From NCBI GenBank assembly GCA_963841915.1, contig CAWJEN010000005.1:160001-224000 (forward strand): 64,000 nucleotides of DNA, given 5' to 3'. The position numbers were made by a program, and so were the translations under genes. Source of the stretch: an uncultured Planctomycetota bacterium (GTDB lineage: Bacteria; Planctomycetota; Phycisphaerae; Tepidisphaerales; Tepidisphaeraceae). Below are positions 1-9,986 of the stretch, in pieces; the first letter of the stretch is position 1; each line of letters begins with the position of its first letter. Under the pieces are notes generated by a model. It worked only from the letters and a program-made list of their open reading frames with translations. It was not told the DNA's origin and ran no database searches.

Positions 1-102
1 GCCATTATCGGGTCTCATCGGCGAACCGAAGTCTTGTCCGCGGTCGTAGAAACGTGTTAAGCTTCTCGGGCCGCCCCGATCTCCGCAACCTTTGCGGCTC
101 AG

Positions 103-2769
103 GTGGCTGACACGCCACATCCCATGCCTTCTCGCTCCAGCGACCGCGCTTCTGACCCCGCCACCAGTGGCGTCGGGCCGTTGTTCGATGCGCTCGGCAG
201 CGTGGCTGACACGCTGACCCGCAGCCGGTCAAGCGACGTCGTACGCGCCGACCTGCACTGCCACAGCGACGCCTCCAACAAGACCGGCGAGGCAGCGCTG
301 AACATGATCGGCTGCCCCGAGTCCTACTCGCGGCCGACGGACGTCTACGCCCAGGCGCTTCGCCGCGGCATGGACCTCGTCACCATCACCGACCATGACT
401 CGCAGGAAGGCGTCCACACGATCCGCCACCTGCCGGGCGTGCTCATCGGCGAAGAACTCACGTGCTGGTTCCCTGAGGACGGCTGCAAGATGCACGTTCT
501 CGTCTACGGCCACACGGCCCAGCAGCACGACGACCTGCAACGGCTCGCGACCAACCTGTACGACGTCGCCGAGTATTTCGAGGACCACCAGCTCGCTCAC
601 AGCGTCGCCCACCCGATCTATCGGCAAAACGACAAGCTCGAACGGTGGCACCTCGAACGACTCCTGCTCATGTTCAAGAGCTTCGAGTGCCTCAACGGTG
701 CCCACAGCAGCCTGCACCGCGAAGCGTTCGAGCCGCTGCTCGACAAGCTCGACGCCGCCCAGATCAGCCGGCTGAGCACCACGCACGGCCTTAAGCCGCG
801 TTGGCCCGAGCCTTGGAAGAAAGGCCGCACCGCAGGCAGCGACGATCACGGCCTGCTCAACATCGGCCGCACCTGGACCGAGTTTCCCAAGGACGTTCGC
901 ACCGCAGAGGACGCCTACGCAGCCATTCGCGAAGGGCGTACCGCGCCCGGCGGCGAAGCGGGCAGCAGCGTCAAGCTCGCTCACACGTTCTGGGGCGTGG
1001 CCGTCCGCTACTACACGCGGCAGATGCTCGACGGCGGCGGCCAGGCGGCCAACCTGCCGGCGGCGCTCATGCAGGCCATCGTCGGTGAACGCACCAAGCC
1101 CGGAAAGCTTCAATTGGCCTATCTCGCCGCACGAGGCAAGGTCGGAGCCATCCGCAAGAACGTTACCGCCAAGTTCCGCAAGCCGGCCGACGGCACGTTC
1201 CAGACCAGCGGTCTCGTCAAGAACCTCTTCGTCGCCAGCGTCCGTCGCCGTCTGCCCGAGCACCCGCGCCTCGTCGCCGAGCTCGAACGCGGCCTGCCAC
1301 CCCTGGGTGATCACGACGAAATGCTGCGGTTCGTCCACAGCGTCAACCGCGACGTCTCGGGCGGCATCGCCGACGCATTCCAGAAGTCGATCGACCGCGC
1401 GTCGCTCGTCGGCATCTTCGACGCCGTCGGGGCGGCCCTGGCACAGCAGTTCGTTCTGTCGCCGTACTACTTCGCGCTGTTCCACCAGAACAAGGAGCGG
1501 ACGCTCCTGCCGAGCCTGACGCGGCAGGATGTTCGGCGTCGCGGCGACCGGCTCAAGGTCGCGCTCTTCACCGACACCTTCGACGAAATCAACGGCGTCG
1601 CACGGTTCATCCGCGACATGGGCCGACTCGCGACCGAGAGCGGCAAGCACCTGACGGTCCACACGAGCGTGCCCGCCGCTGACATGCGGTTTGGCCGCGA
1701 CGAGGCACCGTTCCGCCGAAACTTCGAGCCGATGGTCAGCCGCCCGATGCCGTTGTACGACGAGCTGAAGGTCAACGTCCCGCCGATCCTGGAAGTGCTC
1801 GAGCACTGCGACCGTGAGCAGTACGACGTGATCCACGTCAGCACGCCTGGACCGATGGGCATGCTCGGCCTGGCCGCGGCGGCCATGCTGCGGGTGCCGG
1901 TGCTGGCGACCTACCACACCGACTTCCCGGCGTACGTCGAAAAGCTCACCGGCGACCACCGCCAGGCGGGCAACGTGGCGAACTACATGAAGTGGTTCTA
2001 CCGCCGCCCCGCCGCCGTCTTCTCGCGGAGCAGCGCGTACCGCTTCAAGCTGACCGACCTCGGCGTCGACGACGGCCGCATCCGCCAGATTCAGGCGGGC
2101 ATCGACCTCTCCAAGTTCACGCCCGACGCCCGCAATCCCGATGCCCTGCGTGCCGCCGGAGTTGATCCACACAAGACGCCGCGTGTGCTGCTGTACGCCG
2201 GCCGTGTGAGCGTCGAAAAGAACCTTCCGCTGTTGGCCGACGCGTTCGCCAAGCTCTGTGAGCGTCGCGACGACGTGTGCCTGGTCGTGGCAGGCGACGG
2301 GCCGTACCGGAAGAAGATGATGGAGCGGCTCTCGGGCCTTCCGGCCCATTTCCCTGGCTACTGCGATGACCGCGAGTTGCCTGCGCTGTATGCGTCCAGC
2401 GACCTCTTCGTCTTTCCCAGCCGCACCGACACGCTCGGCCAGGTCGTCATGGAAGCCCAGGCCAGCGGCCTGCCGTGTCTTGTCTCGCCCGAGGGCGGGC
2501 CGAAGGAAACGGTCGCCGACAAGGAGACAGGCTTGGTGCTTCCCGCACGCGACGATGCACACATCGGCCTGTGGGTCGGGGCCATTGACCGCTTGTTGTC
2601 CGACGACCTGACGCTGGGCACCATGCGGTCGGCCAGCCTCGCGCGGGCGGCTCGGTTCAGCATTCGTCAGAGCTTCGATGCCTTCTGGGCTGAGCATGTG
2701 GTCGTTGGCGACCCGCCGCGGCCTGACGATCGCTCGGTTCCCGCCCCGGTTCCTGCCGGCATCCTGTGA
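103..2769 (+). CDS. PHP-domain / GT4 family glycosyltransferase fusion
   Basis: N-terminal DLHCHS...TITDHD...GSDDH PHP motifs; C-terminal GT-B motifs (YAGRVSVEKN, FVFPSRTDTLGQVVMEAQASGLP). Confidence 0.85.
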   Translation: MADTPHPMPSRSSDRASDPATSGVGPLFDALGSVADTLTRSRSSDVVRADLHCHSDASNKTGEAALNMIGCPESYSRPTDVYAQALRRGMDLVTITDHDSQEGVHTIRHLPGVLIGEELTCWFPEDGCKMHVLVYGHTAQQHDDLQRLATNLYDVAEYFEDHQLAHSVAHPIYRQNDKLERWHLERLLLMFKSFECLNGAHSSLHREAFEPLLDKLDAAQISRLSTTHGLKPRWPEPWKKGRTAGSDDHGLLNIGRTWTEFPKDVRTAEDAYAAIREGRTAPGGEAGSSVKLAHTFWGVAVRYYTRQMLDGGGQAANLPAALMQAIVGERTKPGKLQLAYLAARGKVGAIRKNVTAKFRKPADGTFQTSGLVKNLFVASVRRRLPEHPRLVAELERGLPPLGDHDEMLRFVHSVNRDVSGGIADAFQKSIDRASLVGIFDAVGAALAQQFVLSPYYFALFHQNKERTLLPSLTRQDVRRRGDRLKVALFTDTFDEINGVARFIRDMGRLATESGKHLTVHTSVPAADMRFGRDEAPFRRNFEPMVSRPMPLYDELKVNVPPILEVLEHCDREQYDVIHVSTPGPMGMLGLAAAAMLRVPVLATYHTDFPAYVEKLTGDHRQAGNVANYMKWFYRRPAAVFSRSSAYRFKLTDLGVDDGRIRQIQAGIDLSKFTPDARNPDALRAAGVDPHKTPRVLLYAGRVSVEKNLPLLADAFAKLCERRDDVCLVVAGDGPYRKKMMERLSGLPAHFPGYCDDRELPALYASSDLFVFPSRTDTLGQVVMEAQASGLPCLVSPEGGPKETVADKETGLVLPARDDAHIGLWVGAIDRLLSDDLTLGTMRSASLARAARFSIRQSFDAFWAEHVVVGDPPRPDDRSVPAPVPAGIL

Positions 2770-2966
2770 TGGTCTCGTCCTGCTGAGCGTGGCCCGTCCG
2801 AGTTCCCTCGGCTGCGCTCGGGATGACGCAACGGCAATGCACAGCGCAAGCTGTCCTCCTGCTGCTCCGGTGCCAAGGTTTGAGCCGCCGTTTCGGACAC
2901 AGATTGCCCGCGTCGGAACGCGAGCCAGATCGAAAGTCCAGAGTCGGAGCCGTCGTTGCAATTGAC

Positions 2967-3731
2967 TCACTCAGCCACGAGCTTCGCCACCGCTTCGGGC
3001 ATGGCGAAAGCATCGTCGGGCAGCTCCGGGTTGGCCATCGCTTCGGTGATCTTGATGGCGAGCGCGCTGCCGCTGACCGTTTGGTGACTTGCCATCGGGA
3101 CGACGAGATCTGCCCCGTTCATCGGCTGCCAGTTGTCGAAGAGCGTCGACTGGGACTCGGGCCCGAAGTCGCCGTTCCACTCGGCTGATCTTTTGATGCG
3201 GACCTTCGTCTCGACGTCGTACCACGAGCTGACGACAACGCCGCTTTGCGTGGTGACATCAACGCGGCGGGCGCTAGCCGTCGTCCCGTCGTGAAGCTCG
3301 ACGTCCTCGGCCTCACCGGTGGCCGTCGCTTCCAGGTCATCGGGCACGGGCACCTCGACGACGCCGATGAGCATGAGCCGTTCGCCTTCGGACATGATGC
3401 GTGGGCCGTTGAACGGATCGATCGCCCAGCCGACACCGTCGATGACGCCTTGCTCGAAGAGACCGACGCCCGGCAGGTCGATGGTGATGCGAATGTCCGC
3501 CGGCTGCCGGGTGAGAATCTTGAGCTCACCCGTGATGCCCATAGCGGGCAGCTCGAGTGTGCCGACCTGCTTCTGCGACTTCACCGCCTCGTAAGCCTCT
3601 ACGCCGCCGGTGGCATCGACGAATTGTTGCAGAATCGCCCGGGCGTCGGCAGGTTGCGTGTCCTGTGCCCACGCCGGGCTGCCACAGGCAAGAGCGACGA
3701 GTGCAACAGCGGCAAAGCGTGCGGGAGACAT
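2967..3731 (-). CDS. Secreted protein, possible LolA-like fold
   Basis: Signal peptide ending AWA; 'ILQQFVDATGG..AYEAVKS' start and 'NPELPDDAFAMP' end typical of this periplasmic family. Confidence 0.6.
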   Translation of the reverse strand: MSPARFAAVALVALACGSPAWAQDTQPADARAILQQFVDATGGVEAYEAVKSQKQVGTLELPAMGITGELKILTRQPADIRITIDLPGVGLFEQGVIDGVGWAIDPFNGPRIMSEGERLMLIGVVEVPVPDDLEATATGEAEDVELHDGTTASARRVDVTTQSGVVVSSWYDVETKVRIKRSAEWNGDFGPESQSTLFDNWQPMNGADLVVPMASHQTVSGSALAIKITEAMANPELPDDAFAMPEAVAKLVAE

Positions 3732-3969
3732 CGGCCAATGCTAGAGGGGACGGTCACGAACCTGGCGACCATTCTACCTACGGCGAACGGCGACGATTGA
3801 CGATCTACACGAGGCGCGCAGGCGGCCGCCGCCGCGCACATGATCGGCGGTCGTAACGCGTCGGACCGCCAGCGCAAAGTACCACGCGGCACAGCATCGA
3901 AATCCGGACGCTGCACGGCAGAATCACGCACGGCGGACCACCCGCCGACGCACTCGGCGGCTCGAAACA

Positions 3970-3985
3970 TGTTCCACGTGGAACA
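3970..3985. promoter_or_regulatory. parS site (ParB-binding palindrome)
   Basis: Perfect palindrome TGTTCCACGTGGAACA matching the parS consensus TGTTNCACGTGNAACA. Confidence 0.85.
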
Positions 3986-4044
3986 TTCTCACCCCGCCGC
4001 CAACCACCGAACCCCCGCCTTGGGGCGTGGCAAGGGGTTGCCAA

Positions 4045-4060
4045 TGTTCCACGTGGAACA
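4045..4060. promoter_or_regulatory. parS site (second copy)
   Basis: TGTTCCACGTGGAACA; palindrome extends to CAATGTTCCACGTGGAACATTG (4042-4063). Confidence 0.85.
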
Positions 4061-4111
4061 TTGATGCCGATTCGCCCCCGCCTTTTCAAAATCGGCCGCC
4101 AACGCGCAGCG

Positions 4112-4150
4112 CAAAGAAACGCCGCGACGCTCCCGAAGAAGCGCCGCGGC
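4112..4150 (-). terminator. Intrinsic terminator of fusA
   Basis: Minus strand GCCGCGGCGCTTC-TTCG-GGAGCGTCGCGGC followed by GTTTCTTT, just past the fusA stop. Confidence 0.65.
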
Positions 4151-4172
4151 AACTTTTCCAACTCGAACGTAA

Positions 4173-6377
4173 TCAGCCGATTTCTTCGAGGATCGCCTTC
4201 TGCACGTTGCTAGGCACTGGGGCGTACTTCAGCGGCTCCATGGCACTGTTGGCCCGGCCTTGGCTCATCGACCGCAGCTCGGTCGTGTAGCCGAACATCT
4301 CGCTCAACGGCACCTCGGCGTCGATGATGCGACTGTTGCCGCTCGTCCGCTGGTCGAGGATGACGCCGCGACGCTTGTTGAGGTCGCCGGTGACGCTGCC
4401 GAAGAAGTCTTCGGGCGTCGTGATCGTGACCTTCATGATCGGCTCGAGGAGCACGAGGCCGGCCTTCTTGCAGGCGTCCTTGAACGCGATGCTGCCCGCC
4501 TGCTCGTACGCAGGCGGCTTGGAGTCGACCGCGTGGCTCGAGCCGTCGATCAGCGTGACTTTCACGTTGAGCATCGGGTAGTTCGCCAGCACGCCCGTCT
4601 TCATGGCGTCACGGCAGCCTTTCTCAACACTTGGGATGAACTCACGCGGGATCGAGCCGCCGACGACCTTGTTCTCGAAGGCCATGCCGTCGACGAACTT
4701 GAACTTGGGGTTCTCGATCGCGTCAAACTCTTCTTTGGTATACGGCTCGACGGTGATGGTCGCGTCACCGAACATGCCGCTACCGCCGGTCTGCTTCTTG
4801 AAGAGGCCACGAGCCTCGGCAGAGCCGGTGATGGCTTCCTTGTAAGCGACCTTCGGCTTGCCGACGATGACCTCGACCTTCTGCTCTCGGGTCAGCCGGT
4901 TGCGGATGATCTCCAGGTGCAACTCGCCCATGCCGGCGATGATCGTTTCGCCCGTTTCCTCGTCGTAGTTGGCGAAGAAAGTCGGGTCAACGCGTCGCAT
5001 CTGCACGAGGGCGTCGCCGAGCTTCTGCTTGTCGGCACCGGTCTTGGGCTCGATCGACATCGAGATGACCGGCTCCGGGAACGTCGGCCGCTCGAGGATG
5101 ATCGGGTGATCCTGGTCACAAATCGTGTCACCCGTCAGCACGTCTTTGAGGCCGACGCAAGCGATGATGTCGCCCGCCTCGCCCTGATCGAGTGCTTGGC
5201 GGTCGTCGGCCTGCATCAGGAAGATGCGGCTGAGGTTCTCCTTGCGGTCGCGGTTGGCGTTCAGCACACGGGTGCCCTTGGGGACGGTGCCCGAGTAGAC
5301 GCGAACGAAGGTGAGCTCTCCGAACTTGTCAGCGACAATCTTGAAGGCCAGGCCACAGAAGGGCTCGTCGGGATCGCAGTGACGCTCGATCTTGATGTCG
5401 GTGTCGACCGGATCGGTGCCGATGATGGCCGGGACGTCGAGGGGGCTTGGCAGATACTCGATGACGCCGTCGATGAGCTTTTGCACACCGACGTACTTGA
5501 GGGCACTGCCGCAGAAGACGGGGTGGAGCTTGAAGTCGATCGTGCCCTTGCGGAGCGCCTGCTTCAGGGCAGCTTCGCTGACCTCGTTGCCTTCGAGAGC
5601 GGCTTCCATGACCTCGTCGCTGAACTCGCTGCACTTGTCGATGAGCTTCTCACGCCACTTCTCGTAAAGCGGCCGGTTCTCTTCGGAGAGCGGTCGCTCA
5701 TCGACCGTGGTGCCCTGATCCTCACCGACGTAGTGGTACTCGACACCCTTGACGAGGTCGATCATGCCGACGAACTCGTTGCCGAAGCCGATCGGGTATT
5801 GAACCGCGACGGCCGGTGCGCCGAGACGCTCGTGAATCGAGTTGAAGCTGAAGTCAAAGTCGGCACCCAGCTTGTCCATCTTGTTGATGAAGCAGATGCG
5901 CGGCACCTTGTATTTGGTCGCCTGACGCCAGACGGTCTCGGACTGCGCCTCGACGCCTTCCTTGCCGTCGAAGACCGCGATGGCGCCGTCCAGCACACGC
6001 AACGAACGCTCGACCTCGGCGGTGAAGTCGACGTGGCCGGGCGTGTCAATGATGTTGATATTGTGCATCACACCCGTGCGGGTGGTGCCGAGCTTCTTGT
6101 CCTCCTCGTTGCTGGTCTTCTCGGCGGTCTTGTCGCCGTAGAGCCAGTTGGCGTCATGCTCGTAAAGCCACGGCGCGCTGATGGCAGCCGAGTAGATGGT
6201 GATGCCGCGTTGCTGCTCTTCTTCGTCGAAGTCGGTCGTGGCGGTGCCGTCGTGGACCTCACCCATCTTGTGGATTTGACCGGTGTAGAAGAGAATTCGC
6301 TCGGAGCAGGTGGTTTTGCCGGCGTCGATGTGGGCGGCAATGCCGATGTTGCGGAGGACAGTGTTGTCGCGTGGCAT
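4173..6377 (-). CDS. fusA: Elongation factor G
   Basis: RNIGIAAHIDAGKTT, RGITI, DTPGHVDF, NKMD, GMGELHLE motifs; start taken at ATG 6377 (MPRDN). Confidence 0.97.
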   Translation of the reverse strand: MPRDNTVLRNIGIAAHIDAGKTTCSERILFYTGQIHKMGEVHDGTATTDFDEEEQQRGITIYSAAISAPWLYEHDANWLYGDKTAEKTSNEEDKKLGTTRTGVMHNINIIDTPGHVDFTAEVERSLRVLDGAIAVFDGKEGVEAQSETVWRQATKYKVPRICFINKMDKLGADFDFSFNSIHERLGAPAVAVQYPIGFGNEFVGMIDLVKGVEYHYVGEDQGTTVDERPLSEENRPLYEKWREKLIDKCSEFSDEVMEAALEGNEVSEAALKQALRKGTIDFKLHPVFCGSALKYVGVQKLIDGVIEYLPSPLDVPAIIGTDPVDTDIKIERHCDPDEPFCGLAFKIVADKFGELTFVRVYSGTVPKGTRVLNANRDRKENLSRIFLMQADDRQALDQGEAGDIIACVGLKDVLTGDTICDQDHPIILERPTFPEPVISMSIEPKTGADKQKLGDALVQMRRVDPTFFANYDEETGETIIAGMGELHLEIIRNRLTREQKVEVIVGKPKVAYKEAITGSAEARGLFKKQTGGSGMFGDATITVEPYTKEEFDAIENPKFKFVDGMAFENKVVGGSIPREFIPSVEKGCRDAMKTGVLANYPMLNVKVTLIDGSSHAVDSKPPAYEQAGSIAFKDACKKAGLVLLEPIMKVTITTPEDFFGSVTGDLNKRRGVILDQRTSGNSRIIDAEVPLSEMFGYTTELRSMSQGRANSAMEPLKYAPVPSNVQKAILEEIG

Positions 6378-6903
6378 AAGTCTTTGGAAAGTATTGCTGG
6401 TGGGCGGTTTAAAAGCCGACACCCCGACCCGCTCGGCCGTCACGGGCGACGGAGCAGGGGCGACTGCGAAAGCCTTATCGGGCCGGACCAAACGCGGATC
6501 CGCTGCGCGACAGGCGTTGTGTGATGACGGTGGATAACCAAGCCCGACACGTGCCGCAACATCAGCGGGAAGGCGTCGGAAGCCGCACGAGAACCGGCGG
6601 CGGGCTGAGGTGGTTAAGAAGCCATGGGCAGCCGCTCGGTCGACTCACGGACGCAGGTGCAGATGAACGCACGGCGCCCGCTCCGGCCGAAGCGGTCGCG
6701 GCAGGCTAGGCGCGTCGCAACGGGTTTCAAGCGCTGACGGGTGAGTTATCGGGTCACCTTTTCCCGGTAGGACGTTGCCGATCCGTGCCATCTTGTCGCT
6801 CGTACTACGGATGGATGCGACTGCCGTCCGATAACCAGAGGGTCACTTCTGCCGTCGCCCTTCAGCGACGACATCCAACGGCACCACCGCTCCGGAGCAC
6901 AGC

Positions 6904-9042
6904 ATGTCTTACCGCCTTCGACTCCCCGTCCCGTCCCTCAACGCCCGCCGGGTGGCGATGGCATTTGCCTTCGTCCTCGCCGTCGGCTTGACGTCGCTCC
7001 AGCCGGCCCCGGCCGTCGCTGCAGATGATGAACCGTCGAACTACGAGATCATCCGCGGACAAGAAGGCTTCTGGCAGCTGGCACGTGACCAGAGCGGCAC
7101 CTGGTGGTTCATCTCGCCCACCGGCGAGCAAGAGTTCCTCAATACCGTCACCACGGTCGTGCCGTACCAGCAGGGTCGTCGGGCTCTCGGGCCGCACTAC
7201 ATCTCCCGCGACTGGAAGGGCAAGCTCACCGGCACCCTGCTCGAGGGCGATGTCACCACCTGGGCTAAGCAGACGCGTCTGCGCGTTCTGGAAGCCGGCT
7301 TCAAAGGCTTCGGCGCGTGGTGCCACAAGGCATTCCACGACACCGAGATCAACCCCGATACGCCTATCACGCGTGACCTGAATCTCTGGCTCTGGACCGT
7401 CGGGAGTGGTAAGCGGGTCTACGACCCGAAGTTCGAGAAGCAGATCGAAGCCGCCGTCGTCGCACAAGTGCCGCAGCTCAAGGACTCCAAGACGCTCGTC
7501 GGGTACTTCACCGACAATGAACTGCCTTGGAACGATGACTCCGTCGGCCCGGCCGCTTACTTCGACGGGCTCTCGCCGCTCGACCCGAGCCGGCTCAAGG
7601 TCATTGAAACCATCCGCACGATTTGGCCGACCGTAGAAGCCTTCAACAGCGACTGGAAGACATCGCTCGGCAGCTACCGCGAGCTCGACAGCTGGACCGC
7701 CCTGCCGCACCACGTGCCGGGATACGGCCTGCTGTTCAACGTCTTCATTGAAGAGGTCAGTCGTGACTACTTCGAGACCACCAGCCGTCTCGTCCGCAAG
7801 CACGACCCAAACCACCTGATCCTAGGTGTCCGCTACAAGGGTTACGCGCTACCCGCAGTCATTCGCGGCCAGTGGGGCTACACCGACGCCGTCAGCATCA
7901 ACACCTACGTCAGCGACGCCCGGCTCGACCGCGACCTATTCGAAAGTCTGCACCAGGATTCGGGTGGTCAGCCGGTCATGATCGGCGAGTACAGCTTCCA
8001 CGCCCTCGACGGCCGCAGCGGCAACCGAAACACCTTCGGCTTCGCCGCCCAGGTGCCGGACCAGCTCGCCCGGGCCGAGGGGTACAAGCTCATGACCGAG
8101 CGTCTTGCGAGCGTTCCCTACATCGTTGGTGCCGACTGGTTCCAGTGGAGCGACGAGCCGCCGTCGGGTCGCATCATGGACGGCGAGGATGTGAACTTCG
8201 GAATCGTCGATGTCGACGACCGCGAGTACGACACGCTTGTCGCGGCTATTCGTGCAACGACGCCGCGGGTCAACGGCATCCACAGTGGTGAACTGGCCGA
8301 GGGCATCCAGCCCTGGCGTCCCGAGTACGAGCACGCGACGCCGACGGCAAGCATCGCTTACCTTAACGAGACCCCCAACATGGACGGCTCGCTTCGCGAG
8401 TGGACGGCCGGCCAACAGCTTGTGGGCCTGCGACGCGGCCTCACCGTCGGCAGCGAGCGGAACAGCACGAACGGCGAGCCGATCATCTACGCAGGCTGGA
8501 ACGAGGGCGGGCTCTATGTGGCCGTCGAAGTGCCGGACCGCGACATCCAGGCCGCTGCGCCCGATGGAACCTGGTGGGTTCAAGATGCGGTCGAACTGTT
8601 CATCAGCACCAACCCCGATGCCGAACGCCCTGCCCGTGGCTACTCGGTCTACGACCACCAGTTCTTCTTCGTGCCCAACCCCTTCCCGCACAGCGGTGAT
8701 AGCGGCACGTGGTCGCGATGGAGCCGCCCCGGCGACACATTGGAAGGTGCCCACGAAATCCCTGCCAAGGGCGTGATCGACGCCGCCCGTGTGCTGCCGG
8801 GTCGCTACGTCACCGAGCTGTTCATCCCGGCCGATCGGCTGCACGGTTTCTCGCCCGACTCGATGGAAGCTATCCGCTTCGACGTGAAGGTCAGTGACTA
8901 CCAGACCGCAGGCGAATTCTTCTGGTCAGCCCCGAAGGCGGCCGGTAGTCAGTACCGCCCGTTCACTTGGGGCAAGCTGGTGCTGGCCCGCCCGGACGCG
9001 GCGACGGTCGAGAACAACGTGTCGATCATGTCGGCCGAGTAG
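6904..9042 (+). CDS. Secreted glycoside hydrolase (beta-agarase/GH50-like) with C-terminal CBM9/DOMON-like domain
   Basis: Signal peptide; WWFISPTG, GYFTDNE, DPNHLILGVRY, PVMIGEY, GEDVNFG; C-terminal 'MDGSLREW...W..GLYVAVEV.D...QDAVELF'. Confidence 0.7.
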   Translation: MSYRLRLPVPSLNARRVAMAFAFVLAVGLTSLQPAPAVAADDEPSNYEIIRGQEGFWQLARDQSGTWWFISPTGEQEFLNTVTTVVPYQQGRRALGPHYISRDWKGKLTGTLLEGDVTTWAKQTRLRVLEAGFKGFGAWCHKAFHDTEINPDTPITRDLNLWLWTVGSGKRVYDPKFEKQIEAAVVAQVPQLKDSKTLVGYFTDNELPWNDDSVGPAAYFDGLSPLDPSRLKVIETIRTIWPTVEAFNSDWKTSLGSYRELDSWTALPHHVPGYGLLFNVFIEEVSRDYFETTSRLVRKHDPNHLILGVRYKGYALPAVIRGQWGYTDAVSINTYVSDARLDRDLFESLHQDSGGQPVMIGEYSFHALDGRSGNRNTFGFAAQVPDQLARAEGYKLMTERLASVPYIVGADWFQWSDEPPSGRIMDGEDVNFGIVDVDDREYDTLVAAIRATTPRVNGIHSGELAEGIQPWRPEYEHATPTASIAYLNETPNMDGSLREWTAGQQLVGLRRGLTVGSERNSTNGEPIIYAGWNEGGLYVAVEVPDRDIQAAAPDGTWWVQDAVELFISTNPDAERPARGYSVYDHQFFFVPNPFPHSGDSGTWSRWSRPGDTLEGAHEIPAKGVIDAARVLPGRYVTELFIPADRLHGFSPDSMEAIRFDVKVSDYQTAGEFFWSAPKAAGSQYRPFTWGKLVLARPDAATVENNVSIMSAE

Positions 9043-9045
9043 GGG

Positions 9046-9861
9046 CTAGGGGCCGGCCAGCCAAGGCCGCTTGCGGAACTCGGCCGGTGTCACACCGACG
9101 TGCTTGCGGAAGATGCGGCAGAGGTAGTTCGCCCCGGCGAATCCGCTCTGACGGGCGACGACCTGCAACTTGTCGTCGCCGTTTCGTAGGTGCGAGGCGG
9201 CCAGTCGCAGCCGCGCCTGCACGATGGCATCGGCCGGTGACTGACCGGTGCGACGGACGAGCGTGCGGGTAAGGTGCTCGCGACTGACGCCGAGCATCGC
9301 CGCCAAGCCGGCGACCGTGAAGTCACGGTCGCCGGCGTGGATGCTGACGAGGCCGGTCGCATCGTTCACGAGCGGGTCGCTACCACCCGACGCCATTCGT
9401 GCTGCCGCGGCACCGGCGAAGGCGCGCATGAGCAACCCGTACAGCTCTGCCGAAGTCTCGTACGAAGCCGCCCGTCCGTCGTCACCACGTCGTTCCAGAA
9501 ACTGCCGAAGGTCGCCGCCAAGGCTTTGGGCATCGTTGATCGCGAAGGTTGAACCGAAAGTCGCGCGCACGTGTCGAAGCATTTGCCACGCCACCGCACC
9601 CGCTAGCGAGATGAACACAAGGTCATAGCGGTCACCCTCGATGCCGTAGTTGAAAGGTCCCGGGAGTTCGGCGAAGAAGGCGTGACCAACTGGCAGGATG
9701 TGGCGACCGTCGTCATGCTCATAGAACCCGCAGCCGGCGAGCGTGAGCTGAAGAACGACGTGCGGCCGTTCGGTGCGGAGGCGTGCGTCGAAGAAATACC
9801 CGTGACGCCGCTGCTCGCAGCCGCCACCGTTGAGGCGAAGAAGTGTGGCGTCGAAGGACAC
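9046..9861 (-). CDS. AraC family transcriptional regulator
   Basis: C-terminal double HTH (SREHLTR...VARQSGF...YLCRIFRKHVGVTPAEFR); divergent from the GH4 gene. Confidence 0.9.
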   Translation of the reverse strand: MSFDATLLRLNGGGCEQRRHGYFFDARLRTERPHVVLQLTLAGCGFYEHDDGRHILPVGHAFFAELPGPFNYGIEGDRYDLVFISLAGAVAWQMLRHVRATFGSTFAINDAQSLGGDLRQFLERRGDDGRAASYETSAELYGLLMRAFAGAAAARMASGGSDPLVNDATGLVSIHAGDRDFTVAGLAAMLGVSREHLTRTLVRRTGQSPADAIVQARLRLAASHLRNGDDKLQVVARQSGFAGANYLCRIFRKHVGVTPAEFRKRPWLAGP

Positions 9862-9986
9862 GTCACCATTGTACTAAAGGTTGCCTGCTCGTGCTATTGG
9901 CTGGCGGAATTGGCGTGGTATGGTGTCGATTCGCAGGTCACGTACGGCACATCGGCCTGCGATTGCTGCGACAGACCCAGATCCAC

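Noticed and set aside
229..2970. 913-aa minus-strand ORF, and similar long antisense ORFs (4260-6524, 12201-13703, 36784-38457)
   Set aside because: Codon-aligned shadows of real genes in high-GC DNA; no motifs
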